From assembly GCA_963805975.1 (NCBI GenBank), contig CAWDVR010000003.1, positions 608,001 through 672,000 on the forward strand: a stretch of DNA of 64,000 nt. Direction: 5' to 3'. This stretch comes from an uncultured Acidobacteriota bacterium (lineage in GTDB: Bacteria; Acidobacteriota; Thermoanaerobaculia; Multivoradales; SZUA-115). Position 1 is the stretch's first letter. Each line of letters starts with the position of its first letter. Below the pieces are notes generated by a model. The model did no database searches. It was not told the origin of the DNA and saw nothing but the letters and a program-made list of their open reading frames with translations. This document shows positions 31,930 to 44,792 of this stretch, piece by piece. The position numbers and the translations under genes were made by a program.

Positions 31930-33240
31930 ATGCCCGTGATCGATCGATTGCGCTCCGGAGCGGCGGGCTCGGACGGGCCGCTGCCCATCCCGGCGGGCGC
32001 CGTGGTTTCCGGTATCCTCAGGGTTCCTTCCTCGAAGAGCTATACGCATCGCTATCTGAACCTGGCATTGCTCTCCGGCCAGCCGCTCGAGGTCCGGCAT
32101 CCGCTGGTCGCCGAGGACACGGAGCTGTTCCTCGGTGTCCTCGCCGCGAGCGGTTGGCGGGTGGAGCGCGCCGCGGACGCCGTGCGCCTGCTGCCGGGAC
32201 CGCTGTCGGAGCTGGCCCGGCTGGAGTGCGGCAATGCCGGCACGCTGCTGCGCTTCGTCCTTGCCACGGCCGCGACCCTGCCGGGACGCTTCCTGATCGA
32301 CGGCTCGGCGCGGCTCAGGGAGCGCCCGGTGGGTCCGCTGGTCGACGCTCTCCGCGGGCTGGGGGCCGGGATCCGGTGCTCGGGCCGCGAGGGCTTTGCG
32401 CCGCTCGAGGTGCGGGGCGGCCGGCTCGCTTCCGGGCGCGCGGCGATCGACGCCGGCGATTCCAGCCAGTTCCTGTCGGCCCTGATGATGGCGGCGCTCC
32501 TGGCGGAGGGCGAGGTCTCGATCGCGGTCGAGGCCCTGACCTCGGAGCCCTACGTGGCCATCACCCGCGATTGCATCGGCCGTTTCGGCGGTCGAGTGGA
32601 GGCGCGGGGGGAGGGTTTCCTGGTCCGGCCGGGGCTCTCCTCGCCGGGTGTGGTCGAGGTGGAAGGGGACTATTCGGCCGCCTGCTATCCGGCCGCCGCC
32701 GCGATCCTGACCGGTGGCAGCGTGCTGCTTCGCGGCCTCTCGCTCACCTCGTCGCAGGGCGACCGCGCCTTCTTCGATCTCCTCGGCCGCATGGGCGCGC
32801 GGGTGGAAGCGACCGCGGACGGCTGGCGGGTCGCGGGCGGCGGGCGGCTCGCCGCGGTCGAGGCGGACCTTTCGAGCATGCCGGACCAGGTGCCGACGCT
32901 CGCCGCCCTGGCACCCTTCGCCCGCGGCACCACGCGCATCACCGGCGTGCCCCACCTGCGGCTCAAGGAGAGTGACCGGCTGGCCGCGATGGCGCGGGAG
33001 CTGGCACGCCTCGGGGCCGAGGTCGCCGAGCACGCGGACGGCCTCACCATCCGCGGCACGTGGGCGGACCGCGAGCCCCCTTCATTCGAGGTCGTTGCCG
33101 CGACGCACGGCGACCACCGGATCGCGATGAGCCTGGCCCTGGTGGCCTTGAGACGGCCGGGGGTCGCCATCGCCGAGCCCGCCGTGGTGGCCAAGTCGTA
33201 CCCGTCTTTCTGGCGAGATCTCTCCTCACTTCTGCGTTGA
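31930..33240 (+). CDS. aroA: 3-phosphoshikimate 1-carboxyvinyltransferase
   Basis: PSSKS..HR, GNAGT, RERP, SSQFLS, RLKESDR, DHRIAM, KSYP. Confidence 0.95.
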   Translation: MPVIDRLRSGAAGSDGPLPIPAGAVVSGILRVPSSKSYTHRYLNLALLSGQPLEVRHPLVAEDTELFLGVLAASGWRVERAADAVRLLPGPLSELARLECGNAGTLLRFVLATAATLPGRFLIDGSARLRERPVGPLVDALRGLGAGIRCSGREGFAPLEVRGGRLASGRAAIDAGDSSQFLSALMMAALLAEGEVSIAVEALTSEPYVAITRDCIGRFGGRVEARGEGFLVRPGLSSPGVVEVEGDYSAACYPAAAAILTGGSVLLRGLSLTSSQGDRAFFDLLGRMGARVEATADGWRVAGGGRLAAVEADLSSMPDQVPTLAALAPFARGTTRITGVPHLRLKESDRLAAMARELARLGAEVAEHADGLTIRGTWADREPPSFEVVAATHGDHRIAMSLALVALRRPGVAIAEPAVVAKSYPSFWRDLSSLLR

Positions 33241-33251
33241 GGCCGGGAGGG

Positions 33252-36200
33252 ATGGACGCCTTCCCGGCCGCCGATGCGATCCGCCACCAGGCCTTCGAGC
33301 CCTGGTTCGAGGTGATGGGGGCCGAGACGGCTCGGGCCGACATCGAGCTGACGGCGGCCCACCTGGGCGACCGCGCGCGGATGGCGGTCCTCCTCCAGGG
33401 AGCGGCCGTGCTCGCCCATCTCGCGCACGCCGGCTGGTTCCTGCCCCGCGGCTGGGACGGCGCCGGCCTCGCCGCGGACGGCGCCCTCCGCCTGCCACCG
33501 CCGGCCAGCGGCCGGGCCCGCGAGCTGCCGCAGCAGAGCCTGCTGGGCCTGGTCGAGCTGCTGTTCGAAGACTCCGAGGTCAAGGGCCGGAGCGAGACCC
33601 GCCGTGCTCTGCGTGGCGTGATCGGGCGCCTGCGCCATGCCCTGGCGCCGGTGGCCGCGGACCGCGCCGTGGCCGATCTCCTGACCACCGCCCCCTTCCT
33701 CTGGGAGCCGCCCTTCGCCGCCGCCCGCCAGGCCCTGGTCGCCGAGCTGCGACGTGGAGGCCCATGGCTGCCGTGGGTGGTGGGGCCGGGGATCTTCCGC
33801 CGGCGCCTGCTCAAACGGGTGGGCTCTGCGGGCGCGGCGCGGGAGCTGCTCGCGACCCGCGAGGCGCGCGAGCTGTGGGAGGAGGCCGCGGCTGCCGGCG
33901 CGCGCGAGCTCGCGGGTGGCGGCAGCCGCCGCGCCGCGCTCACCGCCTGGGAGATCGTGCCGCCGGCCTCGGCCGAGGAGCGGCTCGAGCGGGCGCGCTC
34001 GCTCGCCGCCCTGGGCCGCTACCAGCAGGCCCTCGATGCGACGGGCGACCTGCGCTCGGCCGCCGCTCGCCTGCTCCGGGCCGAGTGCCAGATCCGCCTC
34101 GGCCGCCTCGGCGCGGCGCTCGCCGGGCTGCGGCGGCTGGCGGCCGTGGAGCTCACCCCGGTCGAGACACTGACCCTGGCGGAGCTTGCCGTGCGCTCGC
34201 TCGCCAACCTGGGGCAGCTGGAGGGCATCCCGAGCTGGGTCGAGAAGGCGAAACGGGCCGGCAGCGGGGATCTCGCGCCGCGCGCCGAGCTGCTGGCGGC
34301 GGTGGCGGCCTGGGACCTGGGCAACGTTGCCGCCGCCGAGCGCCACCTCGAGGCCTGTCGCGCGGCGCTCGCCGTGGGCGACCTCGCGTGGCGCTGGTGG
34401 AGCGTCGCGAGCCTCGTGGCCCGCGCCAAGGGCGAGCTTCGCGAGGCCCTCGGCCAACTCGGCCAAGCGCTGGGCTCCCGGCGGCGACGGACCCACGCCG
34501 AGGCCGGCGAGCTGTGGAACGAGGTGGGAATCTGCCGTGCCGGCCTGGGCGACCTGGCCGGCGCCGAACGCGCCTTTCTGCACACCGTGCGGCTGATCGG
34601 CGGCTCCGAGGGACCGCGGCCCACCACCCTGGCGCTCTACAACCTGGCCGAGATCCGGCTGCGCCGCGGGCGGCTGCAGGGAGTGCGGGAGATCCTGGAA
34701 GAGGTCTCGCTCGAGAACCGCCTCGCCGCCAACCTGCGGGGCACGGTGCAGGACCTCGAGCTGTGGGCCCGCTACGAGCTGGCGCAAGGCCGCTGCCAGG
34801 CGGCCCTCGAGCACTGCCGCGCCGCGCTCGGCCTGCTCGCCGCCAAGGAGATGACCTTCCGCCGCGGAGTTTTGCAGGTACTGGCCGCCCGCGCCCTGGG
34901 CTGGTTGGGCCGTTCCGACGAAGCGCGGGACGCCCTGGCCGAGGCCGACCGCACGGCCCTGGCCGAGATCGAGCCCGAGGAGAGGCCGGCGCTCTTCGCA
35001 CTGGCCGGCGACCGCGAGGCCGCGCTGCTCGCGGCGGGCGAGGGGCCGTGCGGCGGGCTGTGGCAGACGATCCTGCTCTCCGGGGAGCCGCCCACTTCGG
35101 CCTGGGAGGCGCTCGCCGGCCTCGAGCCCTACCGCGCCGCCCGCCTGGTGCTCGACGCCGAGCTGGTGTCCCCCGGCTCGACGCCCGTCGAGTGGCGGCA
35201 CCGGGCCGCGGCGACGCTCCAGCGGGTGGGCGCGCCCAGCCTCGCCGGCCGGCTGGAGGCGAGCGGCGCGGGCCCCTGGCCGCACCTCGAGAGCTTCCTC
35301 GGCAAGACGGCCGGCCCCGAGGCATGGGAGCGCCTGTTCGCCGATTGCGGGCATCCCGAGGCCCGGCTCGTCTTTCGGCACGTGGCCGGGGAGGTCGTCC
35401 TCGCCGCGGGCGCCGGGGGAGGGGAGGAGCTGGCGGCCGAGGTCCCCGGCGGGCGCCTGGTGCTCGCCGCCTGTGCGGTGAATCCGCTGCTCCGCGTGCT
35501 CCTTGCGCTGGCCCGGCGGGACCTCGAAGCCCGGCTCGCCACGCCGCCCGAGGAGGAGCCCGCGGCGGTGCCGCGAGGAGTGCGGCCGGCCGGCGCCGCC
35601 GGCCATGGCTTCGTCGGCGGGAGTGCCCGGCTCCAGGCGGCGGTCGCGCGCCTCACGCGCCTGGCGGCCGGCGACCTGCCGATCCTGATCCTCGGCGAGA
35701 GCGGTACCGGCAAGGAGCTCGCCGCGCAGCTCGTGCATCGCGAGAGCCCGCGCGCCGCCAAGCCCTTCGTGCCCATGAACTGCGCCGCGGTGTCGGAGAA
35801 CCTGCTGCTCTCGGACCTCTTCGGCCACGTGCGCGGCGCTTTCACCGGCGCCGACCGCGACCGCGCCGGCGTCTTCGAGGCGGCGCAGGGCGGCACCGTC
35901 TTCCTGGACGAGATCGGCGACCTGCCGCTCGCCGCCCAGGGCATGTTGCTGCGCGTGCTGCAAGAGGGTGAGGTCCGGCGGGTGGGCGAGAGCCTGGCGC
36001 GCAAGGTGCGGGTGCGGGTGGTGGCCGCCACCCACCGCGACCTGGCGCAGATGGTCGAACGGGGCTCCTTCCGGCAGGATCTCCTCTTCCGGCTCAAGGT
36101 GGCGAGCGCCGAGCTGCCGCCGCTACGCGAGCGCAGAGAGGACATCTCGCTTCTCGCCGCGCACTTCCTGGCCGCGCACGGCGGCGCCGGCGCTCGCCGG

Positions 36201-36536
36201 GTGAGGCTCGGCACCGAGGCGCTCGCCGCGCTCGGCACCCATTCCTGGCCCGGCAACGTGCGCGAGCTGTCGAACGTTCTCGCCGTGGCCGTGGCGCTCG
36301 CCGGGGGTGACGGCGGCACCATCGAGCCGCGCCACCTCGACCTGCCACAGGCCGCAACACGCTCTGAGGCGCCGCCCTCCGAAGGCAGCTACCACGCCCG
36401 AGTCGACCGCTACCGGCGGCGGCTGATCGAGGACGCGCTGGCGGCTGCGGGCGGCAACCGCGCGCGGGCGGCCCGCGGCCTGGGGATGAGCCGCCAAGCC
36501 TTCTCCTTCGCCGTGCGCCAGCTCAAGCTCGTATGA
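33252..36536 (+). CDS. Large sigma54-dependent activator (helical/TPR-like N-terminal region + AAA + Fis HTH)
   Basis: [58 protein letters not shown]. Confidence 0.88.
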   Translation: MDAFPAADAIRHQAFEPWFEVMGAETARADIELTAAHLGDRARMAVLLQGAAVLAHLAHAGWFLPRGWDGAGLAADGALRLPPPASGRARELPQQSLLGLVELLFEDSEVKGRSETRRALRGVIGRLRHALAPVAADRAVADLLTTAPFLWEPPFAAARQALVAELRRGGPWLPWVVGPGIFRRRLLKRVGSAGAARELLATREARELWEEAAAAGARELAGGGSRRAALTAWEIVPPASAEERLERARSLAALGRYQQALDATGDLRSAAARLLRAECQIRLGRLGAALAGLRRLAAVELTPVETLTLAELAVRSLANLGQLEGIPSWVEKAKRAGSGDLAPRAELLAAVAAWDLGNVAAAERHLEACRAALAVGDLAWRWWSVASLVARAKGELREALGQLGQALGSRRRRTHAEAGELWNEVGICRAGLGDLAGAERAFLHTVRLIGGSEGPRPTTLALYNLAEIRLRRGRLQGVREILEEVSLENRLAANLRGTVQDLELWARYELAQGRCQAALEHCRAALGLLAAKEMTFRRGVLQVLAARALGWLGRSDEARDALAEADRTALAEIEPEERPALFALAGDREAALLAAGEGPCGGLWQTILLSGEPPTSAWEALAGLEPYRAARLVLDAELVSPGSTPVEWRHRAAATLQRVGAPSLAGRLEASGAGPWPHLESFLGKTAGPEAWERLFADCGHPEARLVFRHVAGEVVLAAGAGGGEELAAEVPGGRLVLAACAVNPLLRVLLALARRDLEARLATPPEEEPAAVPRGVRPAGAAGHGFVGGSARLQAAVARLTRLAAGDLPILILGESGTGKELAAQLVHRESPRAAKPFVPMNCAAVSENLLLSDLFGHVRGAFTGADRDRAGVFEAAQGGTVFLDEIGDLPLAAQGMLLRVLQEGEVRRVGESLARKVRVRVVAATHRDLAQMVERGSFRQDLLFRLKVASAELPPLRERREDISLLAAHFLAAHGGAGARRVRLGTEALAALGTHSWPGNVRELSNVLAVAVALAGGDGGTIEPRHLDLPQAATRSEAPPSEGSYHARVDRYRRRLIEDALAAAGGNRARAARGLGMSRQAFSFAVRQLKLV

Positions 36537-37453
36537 CCGCCTTTTTGCTGCGCCGGCTGGCACAGGCGATCCCGATCCTCTTCCTGGTCGCCAGCCTGAT
36601 CTTCTCTCTCATCCATCTGGTGCCGGGCGACCCGGCCGAGCTGATGCTCGGCGACGGTGCACGGCCGGCGGACGTGGTGGCGCTCTCGGCGCGCCTGGGG
36701 CTCGACCGGCCGCTCGCAACGCAGTACGGCCACTTCCTCGCCGGTCTGCTGTCGGGCGACCTCGGCACGTCTCTCCACTTCGACCGACCGGTGGTGACGC
36801 TCCTCGCCGAGCGCCTGCCGGCGACTCTCGCCCTGGCGGTGGCGGCGATGGTGATCGCCTTCGGGCTGGCGCTGCCGCTCGGAGTGTGGGCAGCGGCGTC
36901 GCACGGCTGGCTCGCCGACGCCCTGGCTCGCGGCTTCTCGATGGTCGGCGTCTCGATCCCCAGCTTCTGGCTGGGGCCGATGCTGATCCTGGTCTTCTCG
37001 ATCGCCCTCGGCCTGTTCCCGGTCTCCGGCCGCTCCGGGCTCTCGAGCCTGGTGCTGCCGGCCGTCACCCTCGGCCTGGGCCAGGCCGCGGTGCTCGCGC
37101 GGCTGGTCAAGACCGCGCTCGCGGCGGAGCTCGACCGGCCTTACCTGCGAACGGCGCGCGCCAAGGGCCTCTCCCGGCTCGCGGCCCTGCTGCGCCACGG
37201 CTTCAAGAACGCGCTGATCCCGGTGGTCACCGTGGCGGGGCTCCAGTTCGGGGCGCTGCTCACCGGCTCGATCCTCACCGAGACGATCTTCTCCTGGCCC
37301 GGCATCGGCCGCCTGCTGATCCAGGCCATCCAGCTCCGGGACTATCCGCTGGTGCAGGGCACCGTCCTGCTGATCGCGGCGACCTACCTGGTGGCCAACC
37401 TCGCCACCGACCTGCTCTACGGCGTGCTCGATCCGCGCGTGAGGCAGCTGTGA
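36533..37453 (+). CDS. Peptide/nickel ABC transporter permease (DppB-like)
   Basis: [37 protein letters not shown]. Confidence 0.92.
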   Translation: MTAFLLRRLAQAIPILFLVASLIFSLIHLVPGDPAELMLGDGARPADVVALSARLGLDRPLATQYGHFLAGLLSGDLGTSLHFDRPVVTLLAERLPATLALAVAAMVIAFGLALPLGVWAAASHGWLADALARGFSMVGVSIPSFWLGPMLILVFSIALGLFPVSGRSGLSSLVLPAVTLGLGQAAVLARLVKTALAAELDRPYLRTARAKGLSRLAALLRHGFKNALIPVVTVAGLQFGALLTGSILTETIFSWPGIGRLLIQAIQLRDYPLVQGTVLLIAATYLVANLATDLLYGVLDPRVRQL

Positions 37454-38280
37454 AGAGGGCGCGGTTCGGCGGCCGGGAGATCGGTGCCCTGCTCGTCGGC
37501 CTGGCGCTCGTGGCGGCGCTCGCGGCACCGTGGCTCGCGCCCTACGACCCCTATCGACAGGACCTCCACCATCGTCTCGAAGGCCCCTCCGCGCGGCACT
37601 GGCTGGGCGTCGACGAGCTGGGCCGCGACGTCGCCTCTCGCCTGCTCTACGGCGCGCGAGTATCGATCGGTGTCGGCCTGGCAGTGGTCACGTTCTCGGC
37701 CCTGCTCGGCGCCGCCCTGGGTGCGGTGGCCGGCTTCGCCGGCGGCTGGGCGGACACTCTGCTGATGCGCACGGCGGACGTTCTGCTGGCCTTCCCGGGC
37801 ATCCTGTTGGCGATCACCGTGGTGGCGCTCCTCGGACCGGCGCTGCCGCACTTGGTGCTCGCGCTCTGCGCCATCGGCTGGGTGGGCTATGCGCGGCTGG
37901 TACGGGCCCAGGTGCTGGCGCTCGCCGGGCGCGACTTCGTCACCGCCGCGCTGGCAGCGGGAGTGCCGCGGCGGCGGGTGCTGATCCGCCATCTGCTGCC
38001 GCATGTCGCTCCGACGCTCGCCGTGCAGGCGAGCCTGGGAATGGCCGGAGCGATCCTCGCCGAGGCGGGTCTTTCCTTTCTCGGTCTCGGTGTGCCGCCG
38101 CCCAGCTCCTCCTGGGGCTCGATGATCAATGCCGGCCGGCCGCACCTCCTCGACGCGCCGCACGTGACGCTCTTTCCCGGTCTCGCCATCGTGCTCACAG
38201 TGCTCGGTCTCAACTTGTTGGGTGAGGCGCTGGCGCAAGGCGGTGAGCGCAAGATCGCCGGTGAGAGCACCGCGCTCTGA
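37450..38280 (+). CDS. Peptide/nickel ABC transporter permease (DppC-like)
   Basis: HWLGVDELGRD, GARVS, EAGLSFLGLG, SWGSMI; GTGA overlap with the preceding gene. Confidence 0.92.
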   Translation: MKRARFGGREIGALLVGLALVAALAAPWLAPYDPYRQDLHHRLEGPSARHWLGVDELGRDVASRLLYGARVSIGVGLAVVTFSALLGAALGAVAGFAGGWADTLLMRTADVLLAFPGILLAITVVALLGPALPHLVLALCAIGWVGYARLVRAQVLALAGRDFVTAALAAGVPRRRVLIRHLLPHVAPTLAVQASLGMAGAILAEAGLSFLGLGVPPPSSSWGSMINAGRPHLLDAPHVTLFPGLAIVLTVLGLNLLGEALAQGGERKIAGESTAL

Positions 38281-38325
38281 TCGAACACAACGTTATCGGT
38301 AGCCGCCTCGGTGCTCGCCACCGAG

Positions 38326-38354
38326 TTGACTTTCTAATGTTGATTTTCGATAAT
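38326..38354 (+). promoter_or_regulatory. Near-consensus sigma70 promoter in an AT-rich intergenic region
   Basis: TTGACT (38326-38331), 17 nt spacer, GATAAT (38349-38354). Confidence 0.65.
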
Positions 38355-38451
38355 TGGCCGTGTCTCGGCTCGAAAAACCCCTCGATAAATCACTTCGTCA
38401 GGCTCAATCAGAGCACTTGTGCGTTGAATTTTAAAGAAAAGGAGAGCAACT

Positions 38452-39126
38452 ATGCCTGATTCACAGGCCACCGAGGGCCGCGGAGGACAGGTCTACACCT
38501 TGACCGAGGTCGCCAAGCTGAGCGGTCTCTCGATGCCCACCCTGCAGCGCTACAAGAAGCTGTATCAGGGGCGCATCCCGGCGGTTGGCAAAGGACGCAA
38601 GCAGCGCTATCCGAAAGAATCGCTGACAGTGTTCGAAGAGCTCAAACAGGAAAACATCAAAAGGCGCGGCCGGCCGCGCAAGGCCACGGCGGTGGCTAGA
38701 CGGCCGCGTGGCGGCGTGAGCAAGGTCAGCTCGCGAAAGATGTCGGGCCGGCCGGCCGGCGGCCTGCTGACCTTGACCACGATCGGTGAGAAGACCGGGA
38801 TCTCCTATCCGACCCTGGTGCGCTACGTGAAGATGCATGGCAAGGAGATTCCGCACGAGGGCCGTGGCCGCACGCGACGCTTCAAGCCGGAAGCGGTGGA
38901 CGTTTTCATGCGCCTGCGCGCCGAGAGCCCGCGCGGCCGGCGCAAGGGAAGCCGCGTCGCCGGGCGCCGTGGCCGGGTGGCGACCGCGACTCCCACGCCG
39001 CGCGCCGCGGGCATGAGCCGTGGCGCCGACCGGCGCATCAAGAGCCTGGAGAAGACGGTCGATCGCTTGGAGAGAAAGCTCGGCAAGCTGGTGGCGAAGC
39101 TGTCCCGTCCGCGCAAGATGATCTGA
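38452..39126 (+). CDS. Basic DNA-binding protein with two MerR-like HTH repeats, AT-hook and C-terminal coiled coil
   Basis: Repeats YTLTEVAKLSGLSMPTLQRY..IPAVGKGRKQRY and LTLTTIGEKTGISYPTLVRY..IPHEGRGRTRRF; KRRGRPRK; RBS AAAAGGAG. Confidence 0.75.
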   Translation: MPDSQATEGRGGQVYTLTEVAKLSGLSMPTLQRYKKLYQGRIPAVGKGRKQRYPKESLTVFEELKQENIKRRGRPRKATAVARRPRGGVSKVSSRKMSGRPAGGLLTLTTIGEKTGISYPTLVRYVKMHGKEIPHEGRGRTRRFKPEAVDVFMRLRAESPRGRRKGSRVAGRRGRVATATPTPRAAGMSRGADRRIKSLEKTVDRLERKLGKLVAKLSRPRKMI

Positions 39127-39261
39127 AAATCTGCCGTGGAGCGTAGCGCGGCGAGTTTTCTCGTGTCGGTTTGTCCCAATCGGTGAGCGGGAGATCTCTT
39201 TCATTCTCATGACCCATCCACCGCGGTCCGTATCGGGCCGCACATCAAGGAGAGAATAGAG

Positions 39262-39579
39262 ATGCGATCTGCCCGCTTTTTGCCTCTCGTCATCGTTGGC
39301 CTAGTGCTCGGATCGACCCTCCCTTTGCTGGCAGCGGAGCCGGCGCCGCTCGCTGCCCCCGCCCCGACGGTTGCAGACACCATCACCCTCGCGGACCTGC
39401 TCGAAGGCGAGGAGGCCACGGCCGATCCTTCGCTGTTCGAGGCTTCGGGTTGGAGCTGCCCGTGGTACACCCAGATCTGCACGACTTCCAGCCAGTGCGA
39501 CGCCTACTGTGGCGGAGTGGGTTGGGGCGAGTGCATCTCCTTCGGCGGCGCTCGCAGGTGTTGCGCCTGCAACACGTAA
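39262..39579 (+). CDS. Secreted cysteine-rich, defensin-like pre-pro-peptide
   Basis: RBS AAGGAG; signal peptide; acidic spacer; C-terminal domain with 8 Cys (C-x6-C-x5-C-x3-C-x7-C-x8-CC-x-C). Confidence 0.72.
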   Translation: MRSARFLPLVIVGLVLGSTLPLLAAEPAPLAAPAPTVADTITLADLLEGEEATADPSLFEASGWSCPWYTQICTTSSQCDAYCGGVGWGECISFGGARRCCACNT

Positions 39580-39602
39580 GCGCGACGTTTCCCCGGGAGC
39601 CG

Positions 39603-40603
39603 TCAGGCTAGGTGGTCCCAACCCACGATCGGCAGCTCGGTCTCGCGACCCTGCTCGATCAGCACCAGGCTCCTGTCCGCAGTGATCTCTCCGATCCGCC
39701 GGCAGCGAAAGCTCGCCGGCGGTCGGGCTCGCGACGGTAAGGCAAAGAGCAGGACGTAGTCCTCACCGCCACCGAGCGCGAGCCGCAGTTCCTGTTCGTT
39801 CAAGAAGTCCGCCAGCGCTGCGAGATCCTGATCGGTGGGCAGGGAACCTGCGTCGACGCGCGCCCCCACGCCGGACTCCACACACAGCCGGGAGAGATCG
39901 AGGGCCAACCCATCGGACACATCGATGGCGGCGGCCCTCGGCTGCGCCGCGAGCCAGGTGCCGAGCTCGAGTTGGGGCGTGGGTTCGAGGTGGCGGCGCA
40001 CGCCGCGGGCTGCGGCGCGACGAAGGCGGGCATCGGCTGGAAATCCGTCCGGGAGGAGGGCCTTCCGGCTCTGCCACCGTGCGTCCCGTGCGAGGAGCAG
40101 CCTGCCCGCCGCCGACTCGCCGAGCGTGCCGCCGCACCAGAGCACATCGCCCGGCCGCGCCGACGATCGCAAGACGAAGGGCTGGCGCCGCCGTTGAGCG
40201 CTCGGCTCTCCGATCAAAGTCAGCGTCGCCGTCAACACGGCGCCGCGCGCCAGGTCGCCCCCCGCGAGCTCGAAGCCGAAACGCTTGCATTCGGCGAGCA
40301 GGGCGCGGAAGAAGCGGCGGTGATCGAAGCCCGCAGGCGCGGACAGCGCCAGCAGGCCGAAGCGCGGCCGGGCTCCCATCGCCGCCAGGTCCGAGAGGTT
40401 GACTCGCGCCAGCTTGCGCGCCACCGCGGCCGGGTCGAGGCCGGTGGGGAAGTGCACGCTTTCGATCTGGGAATCGACCGTCGCCACCCACGGCCCGCCG
40501 CTCGGCAGCACGGCGGCGTCGTCGCCGATCTTCTCGCCGCCCAGCCCGCGAGCGGCCCGGCGCAGCCAGGCGAGCAGCCGGGTTTCGTTCGGCGGGCGCT
40601 CGC

Positions 40604-40607
<4 letters not shown>
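39603..40607 (-). CDS. thiL: Thiamine-monophosphate kinase
   Basis: IGDDAAV, VHF, VNLSDLAAMGARP, GGD, IDVSDGL, GGEDYVLLF, GWDH. Confidence 0.93.
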
Positions 40608-42994
<2,387 letters not shown>

Positions 42995-43004
42995 CGCCGC
43001 CCCG

Positions 43005-43469
43005 TCACCCTTCCCGCCGCTCGCTCACCAGCGCCTGCACCTCCTGCATGAACTCGCCCACGTCCTCGAACTGCCGGTAGACGGAGGCGAAGCGCACGTA
43101 GGCCACGGGGTCGATCTCGCGCAGCCGCTGGATGACCAGCTCGCCGATCTCTCGCGTCGTGACCTCGCGCTCTTCGCTGGCGTGCAGCAGGCTCTCGGCG
43201 GCGTTGACCATCTCTTCGAGCTGCTTGGTGGAGACCGGGCGTTTCTCGCAGGCTTTGAGCAGGCCTCCGAGGAGCTTCTTGCGGTTGAACTCCTGGCGCG
43301 TGCCGTCGCTCTTGATCACCATGTACGGGATGTCTTCGATCTGCTCGTAGGAGGTGAAGCGCCGCCCGCAGGTCAGGCACTCGCGCCGGCGACGGATGGT
43401 GTCGCCCTCGCGGCTCTCTCGCGAGTCGACCACCCGGTCGTTGTTCTGGCCGCAGAAAGGGCATTTCAT
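43005..43469 (-). CDS. nrdR: Transcriptional repressor NrdR
   Basis: MKCPFC..VVDSR..IRRRRECLTCGRRFTSYE; ATP cone; VAYVRFASVY. Confidence 0.97.
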   Translation of the reverse strand: MKCPFCGQNNDRVVDSRESREGDTIRRRRECLTCGRRFTSYEQIEDIPYMVIKSDGTRQEFNRKKLLGGLLKACEKRPVSTKQLEEMVNAAESLLHASEEREVTTREIGELVIQRLREIDPVAYVRFASVYRQFEDVGEFMQEVQALVSERREG

Positions 43470-43478
43470 GGTGAAAGA

Positions 43479-43572
43479 CCCCTCACCCTAACCCTCTCCC
43501 GCAAGCGGGAGAGGGAACCGGATCAGGTTTCCGACACCCTCTCCCGCTTGCGGGAGAGGGCTGGGGTGAGGG
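43479..43572. repeat. REP family A inverted doublet (REPIN-like)
   Basis: CCCCTCACCCTAACCCTCTCCCGCAAGCGGGAGAGGG, a spacer, then CCCTCTCCCGCTTGCGGGAGAGGGCTGGGGTGAGGG. Confidence 0.85.
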
Positions 43573-43588
43573 CTCCGGCGAGTAACAA

Positions 43589-44701
43589 TCAATCTTTCGA
43601 ATGGAGCGCGATGTTGAGCTTGAGCAGAACCTTGTCCAGATCGGAAGGGTCCTGGATCTCGACCTCGAGGCCGCGCACGGTGTCGACCACCCGCCGGTCG
43701 TCGTCCTCGACCGAGAGCGACAGCGAGACGCGGCGGGCGCGCGCGAAGTCGGCACGCTTCATGGTGAGCTGGAACTCGCGGAAGAACTGGCCGTGGCCGT
43801 TGGTGGGCGGGGCCGACCCCGGACGGGCGCCGGCAGCCGGTACGACCCGCTTCTTGTTGGTCGCTTCGCTGCGCAGGCGTTCGAGCTCGGTGAGGGCGTC
43901 GAGCGTCCGCTTGCCGCGGACCACGGTCTCGGCCGCCTTCCTCGGCGCCGGCGGCTCGGCTGCCGGAGCCGGCGGTGCGACCGCCACCGGGGCTGCCGCG
44001 ATGGGTGGCGGCGCCGCCGGTACAGCCATCAGTGGAGGGCTCGGCCTGACGATCGGCTCCGGCGCGGGTATCAGCCGGTCCGGGGAGGGCCGGTCGGCGC
44101 CGCCGCTCGAACGCGCCAGCCTCTGGCGCAGAGCGAGGAGCGTCAGCTTGGAGATGCCCTTCAGGGTCTCGAAGACCCCCTTGCCGTGGACGGCCGAGGC
44201 CTCGAACCAGGCCCAGCTCGCGCGATTGAGCGACTTGTTCAGGTCCTCGACCGGCAGCACGTCGGAGAGGTCGCGCTTGTTGTACTGCAGCACCAGGGGG
44301 ATGGTGTCGACCGAAAGCCCCATGTCGGCCAGGTTCTCCTCGAGGTTGCGGAACGAGTCGAGGTTGGCCTGGAGCATGGGCCGCTGCGAGTCGGCGACGA
44401 ACACCACGCCGTCGACGCCCTTCAGCACCAGCTTGCGCGTCGTGTTGTAGAAGACCTGCCCGGGAACAGTGTAGAGCTGCATCCGGGTCTCGAAGCCGGA
44501 GATGTTGCCGACGTCGATCGGCAGCAGGTCGAAGAACAGGGTACGGTCGGTCTCGGTCTCGAGCGACACCATCTCGCCGCGCGAGTCGGACGCCGTCTTG
44601 CCGTAGATCCAGTGGAGGTTGGTGGTCTTGCCGCACAAGCCGGGGCCGTAGTAGACGATCTTGGCCGCCATCTGCATCCGGCTGTAGTTGAAAAACACCA
44701 T
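43589..44701 (-). CDS. MglA-family small GTPase with Pro/Ala linker and extra C-terminal domain
   Basis: KIVYYGPGLCGKTTNL, ETETDRTLFFD, LYTVPGQVFY, VADSQ, QYNKRDL, GVFETLK. Confidence 0.88.
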   Translation of the reverse strand: MVFFNYSRMQMAAKIVYYGPGLCGKTTNLHWIYGKTASDSRGEMVSLETETDRTLFFDLLPIDVGNISGFETRMQLYTVPGQVFYNTTRKLVLKGVDGVVFVADSQRPMLQANLDSFRNLEENLADMGLSVDTIPLVLQYNKRDLSDVLPVEDLNKSLNRASWAWFEASAVHGKGVFETLKGISKLTLLALRQRLARSSGGADRPSPDRLIPAPEPIVRPSPPLMAVPAAPPPIAAAPVAVAPPAPAAEPPAPRKAAETVVRGKRTLDALTELERLRSEATNKKRVVPAAGARPGSAPPTNGHGQFFREFQLTMKRADFARARRVSLSLSVEDDDRRVVDTVRGLEVEIQDPSDLDKVLLKLNIALHSKD

Positions 44702-44747
44702 CGAAGATCGACCTTTGCCAGAGCTCCGCTTTATAGAGGAGGGTCGA

Positions 44748-44779
44748 TAAACATAGCACCGGGCCTCTCGGAGGGTCAA
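44748..44779 (-). promoter_or_regulatory. Putative sigma70 promoter of the MglA-like gene
   Basis: Minus strand TTGACC, 18 nt spacer, TATGTT with extended -10 TG. Confidence 0.45.
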
Positions 44780-44792
44780 GCTCGGGAAGGTC

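Noticed and set aside
38356-38371. Sigma54 -24/-12 site (TGGCCGTGTCTCGGCT)
   Set aside because: GG-N10-GC spacing is present but the match to TGGCAC..TTGC is poor, and a better sigma70 promoter lies immediately upstream.
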